The notes: generated from the sequence alone by a model not told the origin. A stretch of 24,000 bases of DNA from Xylanimonas protaetiae (GCF_004135385.1 NZ_CP035493.1:2523440-2547439), one strand, 5' to 3'; numbered from the stretch's first letter, positions 1 through 8,436 are shown. Numbers and translations: made by a program.

Positions 1-2264
1 CGCCCGGCGAGGATCAGCGACCACGGCGCGTGCAGGCGCGCGCCGTAGGGCGAGTGCACCACCACGCGCCAGTCGCCGAGCTCGTCGCGGAACCGCTCGA
101 CGACGATCGTGCGGTCGTCGGGCACGCGGCCCGTCGCGGTGCGCTGCTCGGTGAGGTACGCGGCGAGGTTGTCGGCCGCCCACGCGTCCAGGCCGGACTC
201 GCGCAGGCGCGCGCGGCCCGCGGCGGCGTCGTCGGCGAGCAGGGCGTCCGTGGTGCGGACGAACGCGCCCATCGCGCGCCCGAGCTCGACCGGGCGGCCC
301 TGCGAGTCGCCCTTCCAGAACGGGAGCCGGCCGGGGAGACCGGGCGCGGGCGTGACGAGCACGCGGTCCGGGGTGATGTCCTCGATGCGCCACGTCGAGG
401 AGCCGAGCGTGAACGTGTCGCCGACGCGCGACTCGTAGACCATCTCCTCGTCGAGCTCGCCGACGCGCTTGCCGCCCCGCTGCTCCCCGTCCTCGGACCC
501 GGCGATGAACACGCCGTACAGGCCGCGGTCGGGGATGGTGCCGCCGCTCGTGGCGGCCAGCCGCAGCGCGCCGGCGCGGGCGGTGAGCCGCCCCGTCGCG
601 CGGTCCCACACGATCCGCGCGCGCAGCTCGGCGAAGTCCTCGCTGGGGTAGCGGCCCGCGAGCATGTCCAGCACCGCGTGCCACGTCGCGTCGCCCAGGT
701 GGGCGAACGGGTGCGCGCGCCGGAACGTCGCCAGCAGCTCGCCCTCGTCCCACTCGTCCTGTGCGAGCGCCGCGACCACCTGCTGCGCGAGCACGTCGAG
801 CGGGTTCTGCGGCACGTGCAGCGGCTCGAGCTCGCCCTCGCGCATGCGCTGCGCGACGACCGTGGCCGGCACGAGGTCGCCGCGGTGCATCGGGAAGACG
901 ACGCCGTGCGACACGGCCCCGACCTGGTGCCCCGCGCGCCCGATGCGCTGGAGGCCGCTCGCCACCGACGGCGGCGAGCCCACCTGCACCACGAGGTCGA
1001 CGGCGCCCATGTCGATGCCGAGCTCGAGCGAGCTCGTCGCGACGACGGCGGGCAGCCGGCCCTCCTTGAGCTCCGACTCCGTGCGGGTGCGTTCGGCCCG
1101 GCTCATCGACCCGTGGTGCGGGCGCGCGATGACGGGCGCCTCGGGCGCGATCCCGGCTGCGGTGCCCGACTGCCCGGGCGCCTGCGCGGGCCACAGCACG
1201 CCCGGGTCTGCGACGACCTCGCCGAGCCGCTGCGCCCACAGCTCGTTCATGCGGTTGGTGAGCCGCTCGGCCCCGCGCCGCGAGTTCGTGAAGACGAGCG
1301 TCGAGGTGTGGTCCGCGACGAGGTCGACGACGCGCTCCTCGACGTGGGGCCACACGGACGCCTTGCGCAGCGGCGAGGTCGCGTCGCCCGTGAGGTCGGG
1401 GATGCCGGGCGTCGTCGCGCCGTCGTCGTCGCCGCCGACGCCACCGCCGACGCCGACGGCGTCGAGGTCGGCGAGGTCCGGCACGGGGACGACGACGTCG
1501 ATGGCCCACCGCTTGACCGACGCCGGCTGGACGACGACGACGTCGCGACCGCCGTCGTCGGGCGCGCGGTGGCCGCCGAGGAACTGCGCGACCTCCTCGA
1601 CGGGGCGCACGGTGGCCGAGAGCCCGACGCGCTGCGCGGGCCGCGCGCCGGACGCGACCAGCAGCGCGTCGAGGCGTTCCAGGCTCAGCGCGAGGTGCGC
1701 CCCGCGCTTGGTGCCGGCGACGGCGTGGATCTCGTCCATGATCACGGTCTCGACGCCGAGCAGGCCGGCGCGCGCCTGGCTCGTCAGCACGAGGAAGAGC
1801 GACTCGGGCGTGGTGACGAGGACGTCCGGCGGGCGCGTGGCGAACGCCCGGCGCTCGTTCGCGGGCGTGTCGCCGGTGCGCATCCCGACGTCGATCTGCG
1901 GCGTCTCGATGCCCGCGCGCGCTGCGGCCTGACGGATGCCGATGAGGGGGGAGCGCAGGTTGCGCTGGACGTCGGCGGCCAGGGCCTTGAGCGGCGAGAC
2001 GTACAGGACGCGACAGCGGCGAGCCCGCTCCGGGACGGGCTCGTGGTGCAGCCGGTCGATCGCCCAGAGGAACGCGGCGAGCGTCTTGCCGGAGCCCGTC
2101 GGCGCGACGACGAGGGCGTGCTTGCCCTGCCCGATCGCGTCCCACGCTCCGAGCTGGGCCGGCGTCGGGCCCTCGAACGCGCCCGCGAACCAGTCGCGGG
2201 TCGCGGCGCCGAAGGCGCCCAGGGGCGTCGGCTCGGGGCCGGGGCGATCCGGGGGGCTGCTCAC
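1..2264 (-). CDS. lhr: Lhr-type superfamily-2 ATP-dependent DNA helicase, N-terminal ~754 codons; the 3' end lies beyond the window start
   Basis: My own minus-strand translation from GTG 2264..2262 reads VSSPPDRPGPEPTPLGAFGAATRDWFAGAFEGPTPAQLGAWDAIGQGKHALVVAPTGSGKTLAAF (Walker A), VIMDEIHAV (DEIH box) and RPHHGSMSRAERTRTESELKEGRLPAVVATSSLELGIDMGAVDLVVQVGSPPSVASGLQRIGRAGHQ. The frame stays open to position 1, so it is missing from the ORF track. The + ORF 30..3335 is its antisense shadow. Confidence 0.88.
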   Translation of the reverse strand, partial: MSSPPDRPGPEPTPLGAFGAATRDWFAGAFEGPTPAQLGAWDAIGQGKHALVVAPTGSGKTLAAFLWAIDRLHHEPVPERARRCRVLYVSPLKALAADVQRNLRSPLIGIRQAAARAGIETPQIDVGMRTGDTPANERRAFATRPPDVLVTTPESLFLVLTSQARAGLLGVETVIMDEIHAVAGTKRGAHLALSLERLDALLVASGARPAQRVGLSATVRPVEEVAQFLGGHRAPDDGGRDVVVVQPASVKRWAIDVVVPVPDLADLDAVGVGGGVGGDDDGATTPGIPDLTGDATSPLRKASVWPHVEERVVDLVADHTSTLVFTNSRRGAERLTNRMNELWAQRLGEVVADPGVLWPAQAPGQSGTAAGIAPEAPVIARPHHGSMSRAERTRTESELKEGRLPAVVATSSLELGIDMGAVDLVVQVGSPPSVASGLQRIGRAGHQVGAVSHGVVFPMHRGDLVPATVVAQRMREGELEPLHVPQNPLDVLAQQVVAALAQDEWDEGELLATFRRAHPFAHLGDATWHAVLDMLAGRYPSEDFAELRARIVWDRATGRLTARAGALRLAATSGGTIPDRGLYGVFIAGSEDGEQRGGKRVGELDEEMVYESRVGDTFTLGSSTWRIEDITPDRVLVTPAPGLPGRLPFWKGDSQGRPVELGRAMGAFVRTTDALLADDAAAGRARLRESGLDAWAADNLAAYLTEQRTATGRVPDDRTIVVERFRDELGDWRVVVHSPYGARLHAPWSLILAG

Positions 2265-2270
2265 CTCGCC

Positions 2271-2292
2271 ATTCTGTCCCTGGCCTCCGACA
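2271..2292 (-). promoter_or_regulatory. PafBC/RecA-NDp-like promoter motif with leaderless spacing to the lhr GTG
   Basis: The minus strand reads TGTCGGAG (2292..2285), then 8 nt (gccaggga), CAGAAT (2276..2271), 6 nt (ggcgag) and GTG (2264). Against tTGTCRgtg-N8-TAnnnT there is one mismatch in the upstream box and C for T at -10 position 1. Confidence 0.5.
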
Positions 2293-2409
2293 TCCGGCCG
2301 GGCGCCGGGCGCGGTGCGCGCTCTCTCGGCGGAGCGCGGCGGACGCCCGGGGCGCTCCGGCGTCGCGCGCGGTGCCCGGGGGCGTGCCCGGAGATGGCAG
2401 GCTTGCATC

Positions 2410-2646
2410 ATGCGTCTGCGGGAGTTCTGGCAGCTGGTCGACGAGGTCTTCGGACCGGGGTACGGCCGCGCCCTCGCGCGCGAGCAGGTGCTGGACGCGC
2501 TCGGCGACCGGACGTCGGTCGAGGCGCTCGAGGCGGGCCTGCCGCCCCGCGACGTGTGGCACGCGCTGTGCGACGCGCTCGACGTGCCGGACGACCGGCG
2601 CTGGGGTGCGGACGTGCGCCGCCAGGCCCCGCCGCCGTCGCGCTGA
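2410..2646 (+). CDS. DUF3046-family small protein, the conserved actinobacterial gene upstream of recA
   Basis: ATG at 2410 inside track ORF 1936..2646. MRLREFWQLVDEVFGPGYGRALAREQVLDALGDRTSVEALEAGLPPRDVWHALCDALDVPD resembles DUF3046 proteins. Position directly upstream of recA fits. Confidence 0.82.
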   Translation: MRLREFWQLVDEVFGPGYGRALAREQVLDALGDRTSVEALEAGLPPRDVWHALCDALDVPDDRRWGADVRRQAPPPSR

Positions 2647-2696
2647 CGCAGACGGGCTCTGCAGGCGGGCGCGACACGCCCGGCGTGTCGTCGCCT

Positions 2697-2712
2697 TCGA
2701 ACAGATGTGCGA
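2697..2712. promoter_or_regulatory. LexA (SOS) box upstream of recA, one core mismatch
   Basis: TCGAAC-agat-GTGCGA matches actinobacterial TCGAAC-N4-GTTCGA at 11/12; the mismatch is inside the GTTC core. A TAnnnT hexamer TAGTGT follows at 2714..2719. Confidence 0.6.
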
Positions 2713-2778
2713 GTAGTGTCTGCCCCCAGGCACGGATTTCGGAACCTCGTCCACAGCGAGGGCCGGAGCAGGCGTCCG

Positions 2779-2800
2779 TGTCGGTGGCTGCGCCTACGGT
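2779..2800 (+). promoter_or_regulatory. RecA-NDp (PafBC-type) promoter of recA
   Basis: TGTCGGTG (2779..2786), 8 nt (gctgcgcc), TACGGT (2795..2800) is an exact match to TGTCRGTG-N8-TAnnnT. It lies about 70 nt upstream of the recA ATG and downstream of the SOS box, the same two-promoter layout known for mycobacterial recA. Confidence 0.72.
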
Positions 2801-2871
2801 CTCGACCGATGAGCTCGCAGACACGCCCCGCACCGCGCGCCCGCCGCGCCCAGACGACGAAGGTGAACGAC

Positions 2872-3984
2872 ATGCCCGCACCGGCAGACCGCGACAAGGC
2901 CCTCGAGGCCGCGCTCGCCCAGATCGACCGCAGCTTCGGCAAGGGGTCCGTCATGCGGCTCGGCGACGAGTCCCGCGCCCCCGTCGAGGTGATCCCCACC
3001 GGCTCCATCGCGCTCGACGTCGCGCTCGGCATCGGCGGCCTGCCGCGCGGCCGCATCATCGAGGTCTACGGCCCCGAGTCCTCCGGCAAGACGACCGTGG
3101 CGCTGCACGCCGTGGCCAGCGCCCAGCGCGCGGGCGGCATCGCGGCGTTCATCGACGCCGAGCACGCGCTCGACCCGGAGTACGCCAAGAAGCTCGGCGT
3201 CGACACGGACGCCCTCCTGGTCTCCCAGCCCGACACGGGCGAGCAGGCGCTCGAGATCGCGGACATGCTGATCCGCTCGGGCGCTCTCGACATCATCGTC
3301 ATCGACTCCGTCGCGGCGCTGGTGCCCAAGGCTGAGATCGAGGGCGAGATGGGCGACAGCCACGTCGGTCTCCAGGCCCGCCTCATGTCGCAGGCGCTGC
3401 GCAAGATCACCGGTGCGCTGAGCGCCTCGGGCACCACCGCGATCTTCATCAACCAGCTGCGCGAGAAGATCGGGGTCTTCTTCGGAAGCCCCGAGACCAC
3501 CACGGGTGGCAAGGCGCTGAAGTTCTACGCGTCGGTGCGCATGGACATCCGCCGCATCGAGACCCTCAAGGAGGGCACCGACGCCGTCGGCAACCGCACG
3601 CGTGTCAAGGTCGTCAAGAACAAGATGGCCCCGCCCTTCAAGCAGGCCGAGTTCGACATCCTCTACGGCGTGGGCATCTCGCGCGAGGGCGGCCTCATCG
3701 ACATGGGCGTGGACCACGGCCTGGTCCGCAAGAGCGGCTCGTGGTTCACGTACGAGGGCGACCAGCTCGGGCAGGGCAAGGAGAACGCCCGCAAGTTCCT
3801 GCGCGACAACCCGGACCTCGCCAACGAGATCGAGAAGCGCATCAAGGAGAAGCTCGGCATCGGCGCCCGCCTCGACGCCCCGGCCGACGCGGGTGCCGAG
3901 GGTGCCCCGGCGCCCGCGGACGCTCCGGCGGACGCGGCCCCGGCCAAGGCGACGGCAGCCAAGGGCAAGAAGGCTCCGTTCTGA
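2872..3984 (+). CDS. recA: Recombinase RecA
   Basis: In-frame ATG at 2872 of track ORF 2707..3984. [31 protein letters not shown]...[16 protein letters not shown] (Walker A)...[38 protein letters not shown]...[17 protein letters not shown]. No intein. Confidence 0.97.
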   Translation: MPAPADRDKALEAALAQIDRSFGKGSVMRLGDESRAPVEVIPTGSIALDVALGIGGLPRGRIIEVYGPESSGKTTVALHAVASAQRAGGIAAFIDAEHALDPEYAKKLGVDTDALLVSQPDTGEQALEIADMLIRSGALDIIVIDSVAALVPKAEIEGEMGDSHVGLQARLMSQALRKITGALSASGTTAIFINQLREKIGVFFGSPETTTGGKALKFYASVRMDIRRIETLKEGTDAVGNRTRVKVVKNKMAPPFKQAEFDILYGVGISREGGLIDMGVDHGLVRKSGSWFTYEGDQLGQGKENARKFLRDNPDLANEIEKRIKEKLGIGARLDAPADAGAEGAPAPADAPADAAPAKATAAKGKKAPF

Positions 3985-4685
3985 TGGACGCCGCCTCGGG
4001 GTCCCCGGGGGGCTCCGGAGCGACGCCAGGAGACCCATGGGGCGAGGAGGGCGGTCGCGGCGCGGGGAAGCGTCGCGGCCGCCCTCGCGGCCGTCCCGGG
4101 GGCGCCGGCGAGCGGCGCCCGCGCGAGAGGGCGACCCGCAAGACCGTCGCCGAGCGCATCGAGGCGGGCGAGCTCACGTCCGACGACGCCGTCGACCTCG
4201 CCCGCGAGACGGTGCTGCGCATCCTCACTGCCGCGCCCAAGAGCCGTCACGAGCTCGAGCAGTCCCTCGCCCGCAAGGGCTACCCGGAGCACGTCGTCGC
4301 TCCGGTCCTCGACCGCCTCGACGAGGTGGGCCTGGTCGACGACGCGGAGTACGCGCAGATGGTGGTGCGGACCCGGCACGGCGAGCGCGGGCTGGCCCGC
4401 CGGGCGATCGCGATGGAGCTGCGTCGCCGCGGCATCGACGACGACACCGCGGGGGAGGCCCTGGAGCAGGTGGACGACGAGGACGAGCGCGACGCGGCCG
4501 CGCGGCTCGCCCGCAAGCTCGTCGCCCGCACGCGCACCCTCGACCGCGATGCCCGCGTCCGGCGGGCGGCGTCCGCCCTCGCGCGCAAGGGCTACGGCCC
4601 TGGCCTTGCCTTCGCGGCCGTCAAGGACGCGCTGGCGGCCGAGGGCGAGGAGACGGAGGACCTCTGCGACGCGGACTCGCTGTGA
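3984..4685 (+). CDS. recX: RecA regulator RecX with an Arg/Gly-rich N-terminal extension
   Basis: ATG 3984..3986 overlaps the recA TGA (3982..3984) as TGATG. The C-terminal ~180 aa (DAVDLARETVLRILTAAPKSRHELEQSLARKGYPEHVVAPVLDRLDEVGLVDDAEYAQMVVRTRHGERGLARRAIAMELRRRGIDDD...) show the RecX three-repeat helical pattern. The start is inferred from coupling. Confidence 0.82.
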   Translation: MDAASGSPGGSGATPGDPWGEEGGRGAGKRRGRPRGRPGGAGERRPRERATRKTVAERIEAGELTSDDAVDLARETVLRILTAAPKSRHELEQSLARKGYPEHVVAPVLDRLDEVGLVDDAEYAQMVVRTRHGERGLARRAIAMELRRRGIDDDTAGEALEQVDDEDERDAAARLARKLVARTRTLDRDARVRRAASALARKGYGPGLAFAAVKDALAAEGEETEDLCDADSL

Positions 4686-4734
4686 GGTCGGGGCGCAAGG
4701 CGTGAGACCCGGCGCAAGGGCGTGAGGCCCGGCG
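4682..4734. repeat. 20-nt tandem repeat x2.6 that begins on the recX stop codon
   Basis: GTGAGGTCGGGGCGCAAGGC (4682..4701), GTGAGACCCGGCGCAAGGGC (4702..4721), GTGAGGCCCGGCG (4722..4734). The recX TGA is 4683..4685 inside unit 1. Confidence 0.85.
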
Positions 4735-4754
4735 TCCGCGGCGCCGGGGGGACT

Positions 4755-4826
4755 TCGACCGAGGCCGGGGAGCGGGCCTCGACCCAGGCCGGTGAGCGAG
4801 CGTCGACCGAACCCGCTCCCCGGCCG
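4755..4826. repeat. 24-nt tandem repeat (2 good copies plus a degenerate third) with an embedded 14-nt inverted repeat, between convergent recX and gluD
   Basis: TCGACCGAGGCCGGGGAGCGGGCC (4755..4778), TCGACCCAGGCCGGTGAGCGAGCG (4779..4802), TCGACCGAACCCGCTCCCCGGCCG (4803..4826). GGCCGGGGAGCGGG (4763..4776) is the exact reverse complement of CCCGCTCCCCGGCC (4812..4825), a possible shared terminator stem. Confidence 0.8.
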
Positions 4827-4838
4827 GCACGCTGCGCG

Positions 4839-5717
4839 TCAGCCGTCGACGCCCGCCGTGGCGGCGACAGGGTTCCCGATCCCGGGCCCGGGCGCCGTCC
4901 TGCCCGACGTACGGGACGACAGCCGCCGCGACAGCCGGTGCGCCGCGAACGACAGGGCGATGTTCACGACGATGAACAGCACGGCCGCGACGAACAGGGT
5001 CTGCAACGGGTTGCTCTCGCCGGACGAGAGGATCTGCGCGGAGCGCAGCAGGTCCTTGTACCCGATGAGCTGCCCGAGCGCCGAGTCCTTGAGGACGACG
5101 ACGAGCTGCGAGACCACGGCGGGCAGCATCGCGATGAGCGCCTGGGGGAGCTGGATCGAGCGGAGCGTCTGCCCCGGGGTGAGCCCCACGGACAGCCCGG
5201 CCTCGGACTGCCCGCGCGGGAGGTTCACCACGCCGGACCGTACGAGCTCCGCGATGACCGCGCCGTTGTAGAGCACGAGCGCGACGACCACGGCGGTGTA
5301 CGCGGAGTCGGCCACGAGGTCACGCATGAACCGGCCGAAGAGGTTGTTGAGGAACAGCATCATCAGCAGCACCGGGACCGCGCGGAAGAACTCGACGACG
5401 ACCGAGCTCAGCCAGCGCACGACCCGCAGGTGGGACAGGCGCCCCATGCCGAAGAGGATCCCGAAGACGACGGCCCCGACGGTGGCGACGGCCGCGGCCT
5501 GGAGGGTGTTGCGCAGGCCGGGCAGGTAGTAGAACTGCCAGGCGCGCGTGTTCGTCGCGGCGCGCCAGAGGCCGCCGTCGAGCTGGCCCTTCCCGGCCAG
5601 CGTCACGAGCACCCAGGCGGCGATGCCGAGCACCACGACGCCGCCGACGACGTTGCCGATCGCCATGGACCGGCGCCCGCGGGGCCCGGGTTCGTCGAAG
5701 AGGACGGAGGAGCTCAT
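4839..5717 (-). CDS. gluD: Glutamate/polar amino-acid ABC transporter permease
   Basis: ATG at 5717 within track ORF 4839..7094; only the last 292 codons look real. [26 protein letters not shown]...[13 protein letters not shown]...[30 protein letters not shown] has the EAA-type permease loop. It overlaps the gluC stop by 4 nt (ATGA). Confidence 0.85.
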   Translation of the reverse strand: MSSSVLFDEPGPRGRRSMAIGNVVGGVVVLGIAAWVLVTLAGKGQLDGGLWRAATNTRAWQFYYLPGLRNTLQAAAVATVGAVVFGILFGMGRLSHLRVVRWLSSVVVEFFRAVPVLLMMLFLNNLFGRFMRDLVADSAYTAVVVALVLYNGAVIAELVRSGVVNLPRGQSEAGLSVGLTPGQTLRSIQLPQALIAMLPAVVSQLVVVLKDSALGQLIGYKDLLRSAQILSSGESNPLQTLFVAAVLFIVVNIALSFAAHRLSRRLSSRTSGRTAPGPGIGNPVAATAGVDG

Positions 5718-6391
5718 CGCTTCACCGCCAGCTTGTTCGACAGCCAGGTGGTCGCGAGGCCGATGGGGATGACGAGGATCACGAAGCCGATCGCGAAGGT
5801 GAAGAAGACCGGCCACAGGTAGTCGGGGCGGAACTCCACCATCGTCTTCATCGTGCCGGCCGTCTCGTTCGCGACGGAGGCCGCGGCGGCCACCGTGGAG
5901 TTCTTCAGGAGCGCGATGAGCGTGTTGCCGAGCGGGGCGATGGACCCGCGGAACGCCTGCGGCAGCACGATCATCCGGGCGGTCGCGAGGAACGGCAGCC
6001 CGATGGCCCGCGCGGCCTCCGCCTGCCCGACGGGCACGGTGTTGACGCCGGAGCGGATCGCCTCGCACACGAACGCGGCGTGGTAGACCCCGAGGCCCAC
6101 GACGGCGAAGTTGAAGAAGTTCTGCGTGAAGTTGGTCGACAGCGAGACGCCGAGCTGGGTCCACACCGCCAGGACGAGGAACGTCATGATGACGGTGAGT
6201 GGCGTGTTGCGGACGATGTCGACGTAGACGGTGCCGGCCCAGCGCAGCGAGGCGAGCGGCGAGATCCGCATGACGGCGAGCACGGTGCCGATCACGAGCG
6301 CGAGCAGGGCACCCCAGAAGGTGAGCTGGATGTTGAGCCAGAACGCGCCCAGCACGTCGTACTGACGCAGGAGGTCGAGGAGCTCCGTCAC
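5714..6391 (-). CDS. gluC: Glutamate/polar amino-acid ABC transporter permease
   Basis: Track ORF, 225 aa: ...[16 protein letters not shown]...[38 protein letters not shown] (His/Glu/Gln/Arg permease signature). Confidence 0.9.
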   Translation of the reverse strand: MTELLDLLRQYDVLGAFWLNIQLTFWGALLALVIGTVLAVMRISPLASLRWAGTVYVDIVRNTPLTVIMTFLVLAVWTQLGVSLSTNFTQNFFNFAVVGLGVYHAAFVCEAIRSGVNTVPVGQAEAARAIGLPFLATARMIVLPQAFRGSIAPLGNTLIALLKNSTVAAAASVANETAGTMKTMVEFRPDYLWPVFFTFAIGFVILVIPIGLATTWLSNKLAVKR

Positions 6392-6445
6392 GGAACCTCA
6401 TTCGGTCGGGGCGGCCGGGCAGGAGCGACCACCAGGGCGGAGGCG

Positions 6446-6480
6446 CCGGCGGGCTCGACCGCGAGGGTCGAGCCCGCCGG
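6446..6480 (-). terminator. Perfect 15-bp stem, 5-nt loop hairpin between gluB and gluC (intra-operon attenuator or mRNA stabiliser candidate)
   Basis: CCGGCGGGCTCGACC gcgag GGTCGAGCCCGCCGG. It lies 20 nt after the gluB stop on the transcribed (minus) strand. No U tract follows. Confidence 0.5.
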
Positions 6481-6499
6481 GACCTGTCGAGCGGGTCGG

Positions 6500-7360
6500 T
6501 CAGGAGCAGGGGTCCTGCGTCGGCGGGTTCTCGTCCTCGTTCGGCGTGTACCCGGTGCCCGCGGTGTTCTTGTCGAGCAGCTCCTGCCACGTGCCGTCGG
6601 AGATCATCTCGCCGATGGCCGTGTTGATGGCCTCGCACTGGTCGGAGTCCTTGGGCAGGCCGACGCCGTAGCGCTCGGTCGAGAACGGGTTGCCCACGAC
6701 CTTGACCTTGCCCTTGTTCGCGTCGGTCGCAGCGAGGCCCGCGAGGATGATGTCGTCGGTGGTGACGGCGTCGACCTGGCCGGCGACGAGCGCCGTCACG
6801 CACTCGGCGTAGCCGGGCCGCTCGAGCAGGTTGACCCCGGGGTACTGGTCCTTGATCTTCTGCGCCGAGGTGGAGCCGGTGACGGAGCACAGGTTCTTGC
6901 CCTCGAGCGTCTCGGGCCCGGTGATGTCGGTGTTGTCCTGGGCGACCAGGAGGTCCTGCCCGGCGACGAAGTACGGCCCGGCGAAGCTGACGACCTCCTT
7001 GCGGGCGTCGGTGATCGAGTAGGTCGCGAAGATCATGTCGACCTGGCCGGTCTGGAGCATCTGCTCGCGCTGCGCGGACGGCGACTCGACCCACTCGATC
7101 TGGTCGGGGCCGTACCCGAGCTTCCCGGCGACGTACGTGGCGACGTCGACGTCGAAGCCGGTGTGCTTGTCGCCGTCCTGGAAGCCGAGCCCGGGCTGGT
7201 CGAACTTCACGCCGATCTTGATGGTGCCCTCGGCGGTTCCGGTGCCACCCGTGGCGGCGTCGGTGCTGCCGTCGCCTCCGACGTCGCCGCTCGAACAGGC
7301 GGACAGGGTCAGTGCGGCGGTGGCCGCCAGGGCGAGGAGCCCCGTGAGGTGCTTGCGCAT
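6500..7360 (-). CDS. gluB: Glutamate-binding lipoprotein of the ABC transporter
   Basis: ATG at 7360 within track ORF 6500..8305. [24 protein letters not shown] has a signal peptide and LSAC lipobox. [14 protein letters not shown]...[15 protein letters not shown]...[13 protein letters not shown] is a family-3 solute-binding protein pattern. GAAGGGGA Shine-Dalgarno sits upstream. Confidence 0.9.
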   Translation of the reverse strand: MRKHLTGLLALAATAALTLSACSSGDVGGDGSTDAATGGTGTAEGTIKIGVKFDQPGLGFQDGDKHTGFDVDVATYVAGKLGYGPDQIEWVESPSAQREQMLQTGQVDMIFATYSITDARKEVVSFAGPYFVAGQDLLVAQDNTDITGPETLEGKNLCSVTGSTSAQKIKDQYPGVNLLERPGYAECVTALVAGQVDAVTTDDIILAGLAATDANKGKVKVVGNPFSTERYGVGLPKDSDQCEAINTAIGEMISDGTWQELLDKNTAGTGYTPNEDENPPTQDPCS

Positions 7361-7402
7361 GATGTCCCCTTCGTCGTGCGTCCCCCCGGACGCGGTATCA
7401 GC

Positions 7403-7447
7403 GGGTCCTGCGATCCTGCGGTCGTGCGGGTCCTGCGGTCGTGCGTC
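7403..7447. repeat. 17-nt direct repeat x2 plus a partial copy in the gluA-gluB spacer
   Basis: TCCTGCG (7406..7412), TCCTGCGGTCGTGCGGG (7414..7430), TCCTGCGGTCGTGCGTC (7431..7447). Confidence 0.8.
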
Positions 7448-7464
7448 GTGCCGGTCGGCGGACG

Positions 7465-7519
7465 AGGATCCCCAGTGGCCGAGATCCCCAGTGGCCGAGA
7501 TCCTCAGTGGACGAGGATC
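7465..7519. repeat. 16-nt tandem repeat x3 whose last unit contains the gluA stop codon
   Basis: On the + strand: aGGATCCCCAGTGGCC (7465..7480), GAGATCCCCAGTGGCC (7481..7496), GAGATCCTCAGTGGAC (7497..7512), GAGGATC (7513..7519). The gluA stop is the tca at 7504..7506. Confidence 0.85.
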
Positions 7520-8253
7520 TTCGAGAGGAAGTCCTTCGCCCGCGACGACGTCGGCGCGGTGAAGAAGGTGTCGGGGTCCGCCTCCTCGACGATCTGCCCG
7601 TCGGCCATGAAGACGACCCGGTCGGCGGCCTTGCGGGCGAACCCCATCTCGTGCGTGACGACGATCATCGTCATGCCCTCCTTGGCGAGGGCGACCATGG
7701 CGTCGAGCACCTCCTGGACCATCTCGGGGTCCAGGGCGGAGGTCGGCTCGTCGAAGAGCATGACCTTCGGGTGCATGGCGAGCGCCCGGGCGATGGCGAC
7801 GCGCTGCTGCTGGCCGCCGGAGAGCTGCGCCGGCATCTTGCGCGCCTGGTCTTCGACGCCGACACGGCGCAGCAGCGTGAGCGCCTCCTGCTCGGCGTCC
7901 TTGCCGGACGCCCCGCGCACCTTGCGGGGCCCGAGCGTCACGTTGTCGAGCACGGTCTTGTGCGCGAACAGGTTGAACGACTGGAAGACCATCCCGACGT
8001 CGGCGCGCAGCCGGGCGAGCGCCTTGCCCTCGGCCGGGAGCGGGGCGCCGTCGACCGTGATGGTGCCGGAGTCGATCGTCTCCAGCCGGTTGATCGCCCG
8101 GCACAGGGTCGACTTTCCCGAGCCGGACGGCCCGACGACGACGAGCACCTCGCCCTTGCGCACCGTCAGGTCGATGTCGCGCAGCACGTGCAGGTCGCCG
8201 AAGTGCTTGTTGACGCCCGTCAGCTCGACCAGCGCCGGTCCTGTCCCGTCCAT
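7504..8253 (-). CDS. gluA: Glutamate/polar amino-acid ABC transporter ATP-binding protein
   Basis: Track ORF, 249 aa: [13 protein letters not shown] (Walker A), [15 protein letters not shown] (ABC signature), [12 protein letters not shown] (Walker B). GGAGGGA Shine-Dalgarno upstream. Confidence 0.95.
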   Translation of the reverse strand: MDGTGPALVELTGVNKHFGDLHVLRDIDLTVRKGEVLVVVGPSGSGKSTLCRAINRLETIDSGTITVDGAPLPAEGKALARLRADVGMVFQSFNLFAHKTVLDNVTLGPRKVRGASGKDAEQEALTLLRRVGVEDQARKMPAQLSGGQQQRVAIARALAMHPKVMLFDEPTSALDPEMVQEVLDAMVALAKEGMTMIVVTHEMGFARKAADRVVFMADGQIVEEADPDTFFTAPTSSRAKDFLSKILVH

Positions 8254-8436
8254 GCGTGCGGTCCCTCCGTCGATACGTCCCCGACGACCAGCATCCCCGC
8301 CCCATGTTTCGGGGAACAGTGGGCCGACGTCGCTGTCCGGCTACGTTTCGGTCACGATTTGCGCTGCCGTCGGTCAGGTCGATCTCCGTGACCTGCGCCG
8401 ACGTCGGCCGCGTTCCGTGCCCAGGGTTGGGGACCG

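Noticed and set aside
30-3335. 1101-aa + strand ORF, the longest at the left end of the track
   Set aside because: Arg/Ala/Gly/Pro-dominated translation with no motifs. It is antisense to the clearly recognisable Lhr helicase (1..2264) and runs out of frame across DUF3046 and recA. This is a typical stop-codon-poor shadow ORF of very GC-rich DNA.
7403-7519. Tandem arrays here and at 4682, 10132, 21714 and 23746 as CRISPR arrays
   Set aside because: Units are 12-24 nt, directly abutting with no spacers, only 2-3 copies, all different in sequence, and there are no cas genes in the window.
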